DNA of 64,000 bases, taken from assembly GCF_001194135.2 (NCBI RefSeq), contig NC_068982.1, positions 41,781,618 to 41,845,617 of the forward strand, written 5' to 3'. Both the position numbers and the translations under genes were made by a program. This stretch comes from Octopus bimaculoides (Eukaryota). Shown piece after piece: positions 13,331 through 24,567 of the stretch. Under the pieces are notes generated by a model. It saw nothing but the letters and a program-made list of their open reading frames with translations. It was not told where the DNA came from and ran no database searches. Position 1 is the stretch's first letter. The number at the start of each line of letters is the position of its first letter.

Positions 13331-15585
13331 AGAGCTGGACTGGGTACTTTATGTTATACAACAGGGTGTTGAATGTTGTACATAGTTTGGTGTATCACCT
13401 TCTTGGGTTTATATAAAAATGTTTATTTTGTCTTTCCTATTTCATGAGTTGAAAAATACAGAGGAATATTATATGGGATATCTACACTCTTGTGAGCAAT
13501 GTGGTTGTGTGGCTGAGAAGCTTACTTCCCAACCCTGTGGCTTTGGGTTCAGTCCCACTGCATGGCACATTGGGCAAATGTCTTCTACTATTTCTACTAT
13601 AGCCCTAGGCCAACCAAATCCTTGTGAGTGAATTTTGTAGAAGGAAATTGAAACAAGCTCATCACCATCATCATCATCAACATTTAATGTCTGTTTTCCA
13701 TGCTGGCATGAGTTGAACTGATTGACAGAAACTGGCAAGGCCAGTGGCTGCACCAGGTTCCATAGTCTGTTTTGGCTTGGTTTCTATGACTAGATGCCCT
13801 TTCTAATGCCAACCACTCCACAAAGTGTACTGGGTGCTTTTTATGTGACACTAGCACCCACACCAATGTGTGTGTGTGCATGCATGTGCATATGTGTGTG
13901 TGCGTATGCATGTGTTTATAGTTTCTTCCATGAAAAACATGTTTGGCTCTGGGGAATATTACTTTGCTTGGAAACAGGTGAGGGTTGGTGACAGGAAAGG
14001 TATCTGGCCATAGAAAATCTGCCTCAAGCATAGAAAAGTGGGCATTAAATGATTATGATGATGAGTATGATGGACTAATAGTCTTGGATGGGTTTCATTA
14101 TGTCACCTATATCTCCTTTTTAACAATAGTTGGCCTTGAGCCTGGAGAAAACAATGGTTATCATTTGGGGTGGTGACAGCATCCTAGAGCCAACTTTATT
14201 ATTTTTTAAATTTAAGTCTTGTTATCTTCAAAGAAGTAATATCATATCATTTTCTTTCTAATAATAATTCTTTCTAATTTTGGCATAAAGCCAGCAATTT
14301 TGAGGAGAGTGAAAGTTAATTATGTCAACCCAGTGTTCAGCTGGTATTTATTTTATCAACCCCAAAAGGATGAAAAGCAAAGTTGATCTCAGTAGTATTT
14401 GAACTTAGAACATAAAAAGCCAAGAAAGATACTGCTAAGTATTTTGCCTAACATTCTAATGATTCTGCCAGCTTGCTGCCTTTTATCATATTTTTTTTAA
14501 ATGTTGTTTCTTGACTGATCCTATGAGTTAAGTGATTGTAAGCATGATTCGTATCAAAATACTAAGTTGTAAAATTCATGCATTTTTGGAAATGCATGAA
14601 TGGCACAACTTCATTTTGGAGAAAGCAATGAGAAAAATTAGAGAAAGCAATGAGTCACCATCTTTTCAGAAAAATAAGACACACACGTAGCAATCTATCT
14701 CTGGAAAAGTGATCCTTTTTATAGAAAGAAATATATTAGAATCAATTCAATTAACTATACTCCCTTCCTCTCTCTCCTACAAATACTGGCTTTGTTCACA
14801 GTCAAGGGAAATCATTATTATCCATGTGAAATCAGCTGCTATTTTTGTCTGTAATTTTCATTAACTCTAACAAAATAGCAACTTGAATGAATTGCAAGCT
14901 GAAATATGCTGCTGGCATTTTGTTGTCTTTGAACAAGACACTTGCATTTTATGTGGTTAACTTTAACTAATTTTCAATAATAGGCTCCAGATATTCAGGG
15001 AAACTTTCATTCTGCAAATGCTGCTGAAATTGAAGTTAAAATACTGGTCTGATGGAAAACCATGGTTTGTGAAATGATCAGGAATATTATAATTTACAAC
15101 TTCAGTTGGATGTGTAATTTACAATGATTCATTATTTGCATTGTATATAGAATAGCTAACTCCCAGCCAAGGGGTCTAGGATTCATGTCATACCTCTGGC
15201 ATTGAGTTGCATCCATGACCAACACAATTTTTAAACAGCTTGGAATTACAATGCTAAGTTCAATTCTTTCTATAGCTACAACTACATGCAAAGGGGATTT
15301 ACTCCTCATTTGTTTAATACTTTAAAAATTGCAGATAAACACTAGCTTTCTAAATCTTTGGGATTTGAAAATTTGAAAAAAGACAGTTTTTTTTTTTGTT
15401 TTGTTATAGGAAATATCATTAATAAACGGGTGCCATTTGTGTGACACCAGTACCTGCCATGACTGCGATTTTGCTCAGATTGATGGGTCTTCTTCTGAAG
15501 CACGACATAATGCCAAAGGTCTTGGTCATTGCCCCCATGGGGCCCAACACTCGAAAGGAAGTCAGCCACATATCTAAACTTCTCA

Positions 15586-15815
15586 TTAAGCCTTTTGCTA
15601 CTATATTTTTGTTGAAATACACTATCTTCATTTCAATGAATTTTGAAAATAATGAAGAATTTAGCAAAATAACCTTGTCATTACTAAGCTGATGTTTGGA
15701 ATATAAATTAACATAGAATCGTGAGGAATGGTTTTAATTTAGATCACTTTAAAACATGGAGTTCGTATTAGAGAAGCATGGGTCACCTTGGGTAGGTGGG
15801 TTTCAAAAGGGTTAA
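15586..15815. mobile_element. piggyBac-type MITE family 2 (opposite orientation to 13109-13330)
   Basis: TTAAGCCTTTT...AAAAGGGTTAA; body is the reverse complement of the 13.1 kb copy; ends 94 nt before the SAPCD2 exon at 15910. Confidence 0.7.
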
Positions 15816-15909
15816 ACTTCACTAAATCTATTGGAAAGTGATTGAATCTGAATTAAAACAAAAGCTGCCAAAAGATATTAATTTTTTTTTTAAATTCTTC
15901 ATTTTGCAG

Positions 15910-16011
15910 GATTCTTCATTAGAAGCAAATCAAGAACGGATGAATTTTCAGAAAACCAGGATATCTGAAGTCAATCAACAGTTAAGAGCACTGATTGAAA
16001 GCTCAGAGAAG
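15910..16011 (+). CDS. SAPCD2: SAPCD2-like coding exon (phase 0-0)
   Basis: Acceptor attttgcAG, donor AAG|GTAATT at 16012. Encodes DSSLEANQERMNFQKTRISEVNQQLRALIESSEK, in frame with both neighbouring exons. Confidence 0.85.
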
Positions 16012-16072
16012 GTAATTAGGTGTTTTATTATCACTTTGTCACTTCATTTTGTTTTGAGTCTTGCTTCATATA

Positions 16073-16530
16073 TCATCATTATCATCATCATCATTATCAT
16101 CATCATCATTATCATCATCATCATTATCATCATCATCATTTAACGTCCGTTGTCCATGCTGGCATGGATTGGATGGTTTGACCAGGGCTGGCAAGCTTGA
16201 AGGCTGTACCAGACTCCAGTCTGATTTAGCATGGTTTCTACAGCTGGATACCCTTCCTAACATCAACCACTCCGAGATTGTAATGTGTGCTTTTACGTGC
16301 CATTTGCGTGACACCACAAATACAACTTTACTTGGCTTGATGGGTCTTCTTCTCAAACAGGACATAATGCCAAAGATCTCGGTCATTCGTCATTGCCTCT
16401 ATGAGGCTCAACACTCAAAAGGTGCTTTGCGAATGCCACGAGCATTGGCCATTTTGCCTCTGTGTGGCCCAATGCTCAAAAGGTGTTTTTTACATGACAC
16501 TGGCACGGGTGCCAGTTACGTGACACTAGC
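16073..16530 (-). mobile_element. old RTE LINE 3' end with (GAT)n-type tail
   Basis: Compound (ATC/ATT)n tail, then TTTAACGTCCG..CCATGCTGGCATGG body as at 41668-41906. Similar decayed copies at about 150-370, 3820-4065, 9290-9480, 13660-13870, 15430-15570, 30220-30480, 32065-32240, 32440-32545, 62960-63080. Confidence 0.75.
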
Positions 16531-16821
16531 ATCATATATGCAGGTGTGGCTGTGTAGTAAGCAGTTTACTTCCCAGCCACATGGTTCCAGGTTCAGTCCC
16601 TTTGCATGACACCTCAGCCTGGAGGCTGACCAAAGGCTTGTGAGTGGATTTGGTAGTCATAAAATGGAGACAAACACCATTCCTCCATGTGATCAGCTTG
16701 AAAATTGTTAACATATTAAAATATTTTTCTTAACATGAAACTAATGGTAGCCTTAATACACAAATAAAGAAATTTTATCCATCAATGTAGTGTTGAGCAC
16801 TCATTCTCATTGTTTGACATT

Positions 16822-16868
<47 letters not shown>

Positions 16869-18079
16869 CATCTGAGTGTGTGTCCTTCCCTTGACATCAC
16901 TTGATAGTTGTAAACTAATGTTACCATCTTGCAAGCAGCGTTCTCTATTTTCAATCTTCCATGAAAGCATGTCTGGTCATGGAGAAATATTACCTTACTT
17001 GGAAATAGGTAAAGGTTGGCAACAGGAAGGGCATCTAGTTGTAGAAAATCTGCCTCAAAAAAATTCTGTCCACTCCATATGAATGTGGAAAAGTGAACTT
17101 TAAAACAATGCACAGGAGTGGCTGTGTGGTAAGTAGCTTGCTTACCAACCACATGGTTCCGGATTCAGTCCCACTGCATGACACCTTGGGCAAGTGTCTT
17201 CTGCTATAGCCTCAGGCCGACCAAAGCCTTGTGAGTGGATTTGGTAGATGGAAACTGAAAGAAGCCCGTTGTGTGTATATATATATATATAAAAATCCCC
17301 AAAAAAAATCGATGAACAAGCACAAAAAACAACAACGCAAGGATGTGGTACATGTAAAAAATTAGTAGACACTCAGAGAAGGAAAGAAAAGTGGTTTTAC
17401 ATTTCAAGCAAAGCTCTTCTTCAGAAACAGAGGAAAGTCCAATAGAAAAGGAAGACGGAGAAAAAAAAATCGACAACGATTCACATGTGGTTGTGTGTCT
17501 GTGTTTATTCCCACAACATCACCTGACAGCTGATGCTGGTGTGTTTATGTCCCCATAACTTAGTGGTTCGGCAAAAGAGGCCGATAGAGTATGCACTAGG
17601 CTTACATAGAATTAGTCCTGGGGTCGATTTCCTCGACTAAAGGTGGTGCTCCAGCACGGCCACAGTCAAATGACTGAAACAAGTAAAAGAAAACAAAAGA
17701 ATATGTATATATATATACACACACACACACATGCACACATGCATCATTCTCACTTTTGTTGATGAGGTTATCTTGTAATCACAACAGGTTGAGTCATTTA
17801 GCCATGTAAAACTGCATAAAAGCTGTTAAATTCATATATGTCCATATGGTGGTCACAATCTTCACTTTCACCATTATGACCTGATCATTGACACAATTCC
17901 ATGATGAAAACCTTAACACACCCAAGAAGTAAACAAAGCCTCTTTTTAATTGTGTATCTCTGTTTTTAAATGGCTACACTGTTTTTCCACACCAATTGTT
18001 TCACTCACTGTATAAGTTAGTGAATCAAGGGTCATATTATCTAATAAATGCTTTTCCTTTTATTGGTTTCCTTTGCTCT

Positions 18080-18336
18080 CAGCTGTTCTCAACCACTTTT
18101 TGCTAATGGACCCCTTTGATTCCTATTTTACTCTACTGAACCTCCATGACGATTCAATGTAAATAAAAAAAAATTCTACTCTATTTTTATAATAAAATAT
18201 TATTAGGAATTGTATAAAAAATGTTTAATATTTTGTGTATAAGCAATTTATTGCACATGAACGTTAACAACAAAATTTTATACAGACACCCCCCCCCCCC
18301 TGCAAATGCCATATGGACCCTGGTTGAGGGCCACTG
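18080..18336. mobile_element. hAT (Charlie/MER5-like) MITE
   Basis: Imperfect TIRs CAGCTGTTCTCAACC / GGTTGAGGGCCACTG; right flank CTCTACAT resembles the NTCTAGAN target; TSD not cleanly matched. Confidence 0.55.
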
Positions 18337-20329
18337 CTCTACATGGATTAGATGGATTTCTATAACTTTAAGCTTTACTGACTCAATTTTACAAGCTTTG
18401 GTAATGTTATGTAAGTCACTATATATGTATTTATTTTACTTGTTGGATCTGGAGGAAAGAGCAGTGTTCATGGCTTTTGTCACTTCTCTTAGGCGAGTGA
18501 GATTGATGTTATTAACGATCCTATTGAATCTTCGTATGTCAGTACCTGTGGGAAATACATGAGCAAAGATGAAATGTCAGAAGGCCAAAGCTCTAAGAAG
18601 GAAGGACTAAATGAAGTGATTAATGCAGGGCTTGGAAGGTTGGACACAACAAGTTTGGTTAGAAGAGGAGAAATAAGTGGTTCAAGAAGACATAGCCAAC
18701 CATTATAGATGCAGTAGGAAAAGCAGAAGGAGAAAACAACATATCTGTGTGTCTTTCAGTGAACTTTAACCCTTTCACTGTGGAATCAAATGTTATGATT
18801 ATTCCAGCAATGATGTTAAGTATCTACCAAAGAAATAGAATTGGTATTTTCTGCAAGTCATAAACTTGAGATATCTCAACAAAAAATAGTTTCAAAGATG
18901 ACATTCCTCAACAAAAGGCACAGACATGACTGTGTGGTCAGAAGCTTGTTTCCCAACCACATGATTCTGGGTGCAATTCCACTGTTTGGCACCTTGGGCA
19001 AGTGTCTTCTAGTATAGCCTTGGGCCAACTAAAGCCTTGTGAATGGATTTGGCAGACAGAAACTGAAAGAAGCTTGTCGTATATATGTCTGTGTGTTTGT
19101 TGTCTTTGTGTTAATGTTTGTCCCCCACCACTGCTTGACAACTGGTGTTGATGTGTTTACATCCCCATAACTTAGGAGTTCGGCAAAAGGAACTGATAGA
19201 ATAAGTACAAGGCTTAAAGAAAATGAAAAAAGATAAGTACTGGGGTTGTTTTATTCAACTAAAAGTTCTTCAAGATGTTGCCCCAGCATGGCTGCTGTCT
19301 AATGACTGTTACAAGTGAAAGATAAATGAAGAAAAGACAGATTGGTAGATTGGTATATAAAACTACTTTCCACAGTTAACAGTAATGAAATTTTGAGTGG
19401 ATATATCTGGGTTAAGCCAATCAGCCAGATGGGGTTTTTTTTTTTTTTTTGGATGTGGTTTAAGGTGCCCACGTGCAGAAGCTGCTGTGCCAGCACCATT
19501 CCAGGATCTTTCTTCATTTAAGCCTGACATTGTATCAAATGAGAAAAAAGACTGTTTACATTATTTTAGAATGAACAATATTAAAGATTTATGTATCCAG
19601 TCATCCTTTGTAATTTGATTTCATTTTATGGGTTAAACATGTGCTGAACTTAAACATATACTGCTCAAACTCACTCGCCAAGTCTTGCAAATATGGTTGT
19701 TGGTTAATTACTAATTAACTAATTAATTTTCAATGAATCTTAAGAAGATTACCAGTGGTATCACTTCTATGTATGCTTGCATCCTGAGTGTGTTGAATTT
19801 AAAGTCTCCACCTCCTCCTCTTCCTATGTACCAGCAACATCATAACAGCTACTATTACCATTGTCAACATATCTCCCAGAATCTCATCTAGTGCTTGATT
19901 GAGTAACCCAAATGTTGGTATGGTAAACATGGTTGTGTGGTAAGAAGCTTGCTTCCTAACCACATGGTTCCGGGTTCAGTCCCTCTGTGTGGCACATTGG
20001 GCAAGTGTCTCCTACTATAACCTCGGGCTGACCAAAGCCTTGTGAGTAGATATGGTAGATGGAAATTGAAAGAAACCCGTTGTGTATATATATATACACA
20101 TGCACACACGCACATATATGTATGTATTTGTGTGTCTGTGCATGTACATACACACACATATATGATATGTTTCTTTCAGTTTCTTTCTACCACATTCTCT
20201 CACAAGGCTTTGGCCAGCCTGGGACTACAGTAGATGGCATTTGCCCAAGGTGCTATGCAATGGATCTGAACCCAAAATCATGTGGTTGGGAAACAATAAA
20301 AACATTTATTAATAAAAACAATAAAAACA

Positions 20330-20850
20330 TCCTGGCCAATTTTCCATTCTTACATTTTTTGAGAATGTTGTAACTAAACCAAAGCTTTCCTTTGTACCAT
20401 CCATATTCTTGCCATAGAGTTTCAGATCATCCACAAAGAAGCAATGTTGATGATTCTCCTGTAAGCTAATCTCCCATCTTTTAGGTTTCTTTAGCAAAAA
20501 AGGACAAGAGGTTTACTAAAAGTATAGACAGAATCATAGAGAGAGAAAGAGAGAAAGAGAGACTGTCTCTGTGATTCTGTATCTTTTTAGTTACAATAGA
20601 ACTATTTCTATTAAGCTTCAGAAAGATGGCACAGGATGAAGGTAGGTTGTCTTTGGCCTTGATAATGGCATCTTGAAGTTTACCAAATCTAGTCTATAGA
20701 ACTGTAGCATCCATGAGTAGGTAACACAGTCAAATGCTTTCTTGTAATCCAGCCAGACTGTGATCAAGTTCCTCTTGTGTCTCTTAACTTCTGACATCAG
20801 TTCTTTTTTTCTTTCTAACTCTTTGTTTAGCTACTATTACTATCACAATG
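20330..20850 (-). mobile_element. R4/Dong-like non-LTR retrotransposon, RT core remnant
   Basis: Minus strand gives RNLITVWLDYKKAFDCVTYSW and HCFFVDDLKLYGKN, degenerate versions of the AWIDYKKAFDSV and YMDDLKLY motifs; frameshifted. Confidence 0.75.
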
Positions 20851-21930
20851 GAAAGCATTGAGCTGACAGAATTGTTAGATGGCTTAGGCGGTGAGCTGGT
20901 AGAAACAGCATGCCAGGCAAATGGCTTAGCGGTATTTTGTCTGTCTTTATGTTCTGAGTTCAAATTCTGCCAAGGTCGACTTACCCTTTCTTCCTTTCAG
21001 GTTCAATAAATTAACTACCAGTTGTGTACTGGGGTCAATCTAATCGACTGGCCCCCTCCTCCAAAATTTCGGGCCTTGTGCCTAGAGTAAAAAAGAATTA
21101 TTAGATTGCCGGAGCAAATGCTTAGCAGCTTTTCTTCCAGCTATACATTCTGATTTTAAACTCTCCCAAAGCTGACGTTGCCTTTCATACTTTTGGGGTC
21201 AACAAAATAAGCAGCAGTTAAGCATTGGAGGCTGATATAAATAGCTAACCCCTTTCCACAAAATTTCAGGCCTTGTACCTATAGTAGAAAGGATTATTAC
21301 TAACAGGAAGAACAGGATCAGACAGGCTTTATACATTCTATATGTGATATTCTGGCATCCAGTTGGCCAGTACTTAATTGTCAGATGAATTTTATTGTTT
21401 TGGGGTGTCAGTTTTGTTTCTGCCGGTGCTAACCAGCTTCGTATGTCTATGTTTCTACTAAAAACTTGCTGGTAAAGGTCAATCAGATACCGCTGACAAA
21501 AGTTCAGTCTTTTTGTTCTAGTCTTCAGCAATTAAGTCCCTTCCTGGTGTTTCCCTATCCTGATGTTTTTGATTACAGTCTCAAGGATGTGTGTGTGTGT
21601 GTCTGTGTGCATGCATGCATGTGTGTGTTCTTATGTATGCACATGCATGCATATGTTTGTGTGTAAGAAGGCCTCACCCAGAGACCAACACTAATCATTT
21701 TCTTTGTAATGAGCAGCTATTTTTCACTGATGTTAATTACATTACATTACATTATTAATAAAAGTATACCTTATTTATCAATTAGTATCGTATAGCAAAT
21801 GTGACATTTCATACTCGACCTGATATGTCAATCAATTAGTTCTAACTCTTAACTCTCTCTCTCTCTCTCTCAGCTCTCTCTCAGCTCTCTCTCTCTCTCT
21901 CTCTCTCTCTTAGCTCTCTCTCTCTCTCTT

Positions 21931-22008
<78 letters not shown>

Positions 22009-23189
22009 GTGTATGTGTTTGCATGTACCATTATTTGATTTTATCAAACATTTTCTTCCTTCCTGTCTTTGTTTCCTTATACTTTTACCATTACCATTTT
22101 GCTTTCACATATCCTTTCTGTTTTTCCCTCATTAAATTTTTTTCCCTTTAACTCTTACTCATACAGATATGTGCATGCATGCGTGCACACACACACCTCT
22201 CTCTCTCTTTCTCTCTCCTCAAACGCATATATATAAATAAATAACAAAAATAGACAAAGTGTCTAGTATTAGTGTAAGATATATCTAGTATCAAATATGC
22301 ATCTAGAGTTAATGAAACATGAGGATGGGAAAAGAACTGATGAAGTGGAGCTTTCAAACTAATATCTGTTTCTTCTCAAGTCATGTAGACTTCCTTTGTC
22401 ATGATTACCATCATAAATGCAATGAACCAGTGATTAACCCATGGCTAACCTGTAACCATAGAAACACTTGTTCAGAAAATATGATATAAAATAAGCACAA
22501 GCATGGCTGTGTGGTAAGAAGCCTGCTTCCCAGACATATGGTTTTGGGTTCAGTCCCACACTGTGGTGCATTGGGCAAGTGTCTTCTACTATGACCTTGG
22601 ACTGATCAAAGCCTTGTGAGTGGATTTAGTTAATGGAAACTGAAAGAAGCTTATCATATGTATGTGTGAGTGAATGTGCGTTACTTGCCTTGATGTTGCA
22701 TGATTGTTGTAAACGAATGTCACCAACATGCAAGCAGTGTCCTTCATTTCCATAATAATGTCTGGTGATGGGGAAATATGACCTAACTGGAAATAGGTGA
22801 GGGTTGATGACAAGAAGGGCATCCAGTTGTAGAAAATCTGCCTCAGGAAATTCCATCCGACCCATGTGAGCATAGAAAAGTGGATGTTAAGATGATGAGG
22901 AATGTTGAGGAATAATGCAAGTGGCTTCTCTTGGTTCATTTCAATAAGCATATAAGGTAATGACAGACAAGGTGAATCTCCTCACGGTATAGTGGCTTTT
23001 ATTTTTTGTTATCAATTATTTTGGGTTACCAAACAACTGCAGTGTTTAGAAAAGTAACAAATACTGTTTCTATTTTCTTGTGGCTGTGTATAGTGTTTGA
23101 TGAGTATGGTTTGCAGGCATGTGATAATTTGGTGCAGCCTTTAGCCATTATGGTACCGTATATTTGGTATCACTGATTTGATATCAGAT

Positions 23190-23460
23190 GTTTTAATGTG
23201 TCTCTTGTTTTCTCTCTCTGTTTACATGTGTGAGCATATTTCTCTTTGTGTTTGAGGAGATGGAATGTGTTTATGTCAGTCATGTTCAATTAATAAACTG
23301 TTGCATCTCTTTCTCTCTCTTTCTATCTGTATATGTATATTTCTGTGTGTGTGCATGCATGTGTGCATGTTTGTCTGCAGTGCCAAAAAATACTGTCACC
23401 AAAATAAGTTCAGTGTGCCAAATCACTAGCGTTCAAACAGTCATGCCCATCTGATTCTGT
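23190..23460. repeat. unclassified interspersed repeat (second copy about 59875-60275)
   Basis: Shared blocks GA.ATC.GATGT.TTAATGT.TCTC, TCTGTAT.TGTATATTTCTG, GTGCCAAAT..C.AGC.T.CAAACAGT.AT.CCC in the same order in both places. Confidence 0.45.
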
Positions 23461-24100
23461 GACTGAGGAAAGTCTGTGAGTATAAAACAACATCATATTA
23501 AAGTTTTGTCCTATTTCTAGTTCATTTCAGAGTTTGTCAGTTTTTTTTTTCCAGACATATTACAGAAAACATTTTCTGTTGGATATATTTTTAATTGGTT
23601 CCTTGCAGGTAAAATTATTTCAGTGGAAGTTTACTACTTTAGCTAAAGCCAACTGCTCAGCCATTAAGCAACAGAAATACCTAGCTTTTGTCTGGATTAA
23701 GTGAAGCAAATAGATCAACATAGTAAATAAAATAAGTGACACAGACAAAAAATTGGTAACACTAGAGTGCATTTTGAATAAAGATCTATTGCTTTTTTTA
23801 TGCAAAATATTTTTTGTAACTAAACTATGGGTGTTGTTTCCAAATTTGATTTCAGAATTTGTGTACCATTTCGAGTTTTTTCAGAAACACATTTTCAGAT
23901 TTTAGCAATGTAGTATGTATGATATGCATATATTAAGTAAAGCAAAAGTTGTAGTTATAAGGTATAATAATTAGTAGAGACATTTTAGTTGTTTTATGAG
24001 AAGTTCTAGCCCCTTTTCTACTTTGTTTAGATACTAATTCTATGAATATTTAATTATATTTTATAAACATTTTTTAAAAATTGGTATTTTTTATTATATA

Positions 24101-24499
24101 GGCGCAGGAGTGGCTGTGTGGTAAGTAGCTTGCTTACCAACCACATGGTTCTGGGTTCAGTCCCACTGCATGGCACCTTGGGCAAGTGTCTTCTATTATA
24201 GTCTTAGGCCGACCAAAGCCTTGTGAGTGGATTTGGTAGACGGAAACTGAAAGAAGCCCGTCGAATATATGTATATGTGTGTGTGTTTGTGTGTCTGTGT
24301 TTGTTCACCCCCTCCCAACATCGCTTGACAACCAATGCTGGTGTGTTTACGTCCCCATAACTTAGTGGTTTGGCAAAAGAGTTCGATAGAATAAGTACTA
24401 GGCTTACAAAGAATAAGTCTTGGGGTTGATTTCCTCGACTAAAAGTGGTGCTCCAGTATGGCCGCAGTCAAATGACTGAAACAAGTAAAAGAATAAAGA

Positions 24500-24500
<1 letters not shown>
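24101..24500 (+). mobile_element. CORE-like tRNA SINE (OR2-like), best-preserved full copy
   Basis: A box TGGCTGTGTGG, B box GGTTCAGTCC, CORE-like GCACCTTGGGCAAGTG, internal (TA/TG)n, tail ending AAGTAAAAGA. Further copies at about 7385-7545, 8610-8900, 13497-13660, 16543-16670, 17114-17700, 18960-19325, 19928-20100, 20165-20295(-), 22497-22900, 27620-27775(-), 29220-29375(-), 34665-34760(-), 38636-39015, 40240-40380(-), 43918-45355 (split), 48625-48972, 50505-51000, 53835-54160, 56715-56870, 62795-62895(-). Confidence 0.85.
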
Positions 24501-24567
<67 letters not shown>

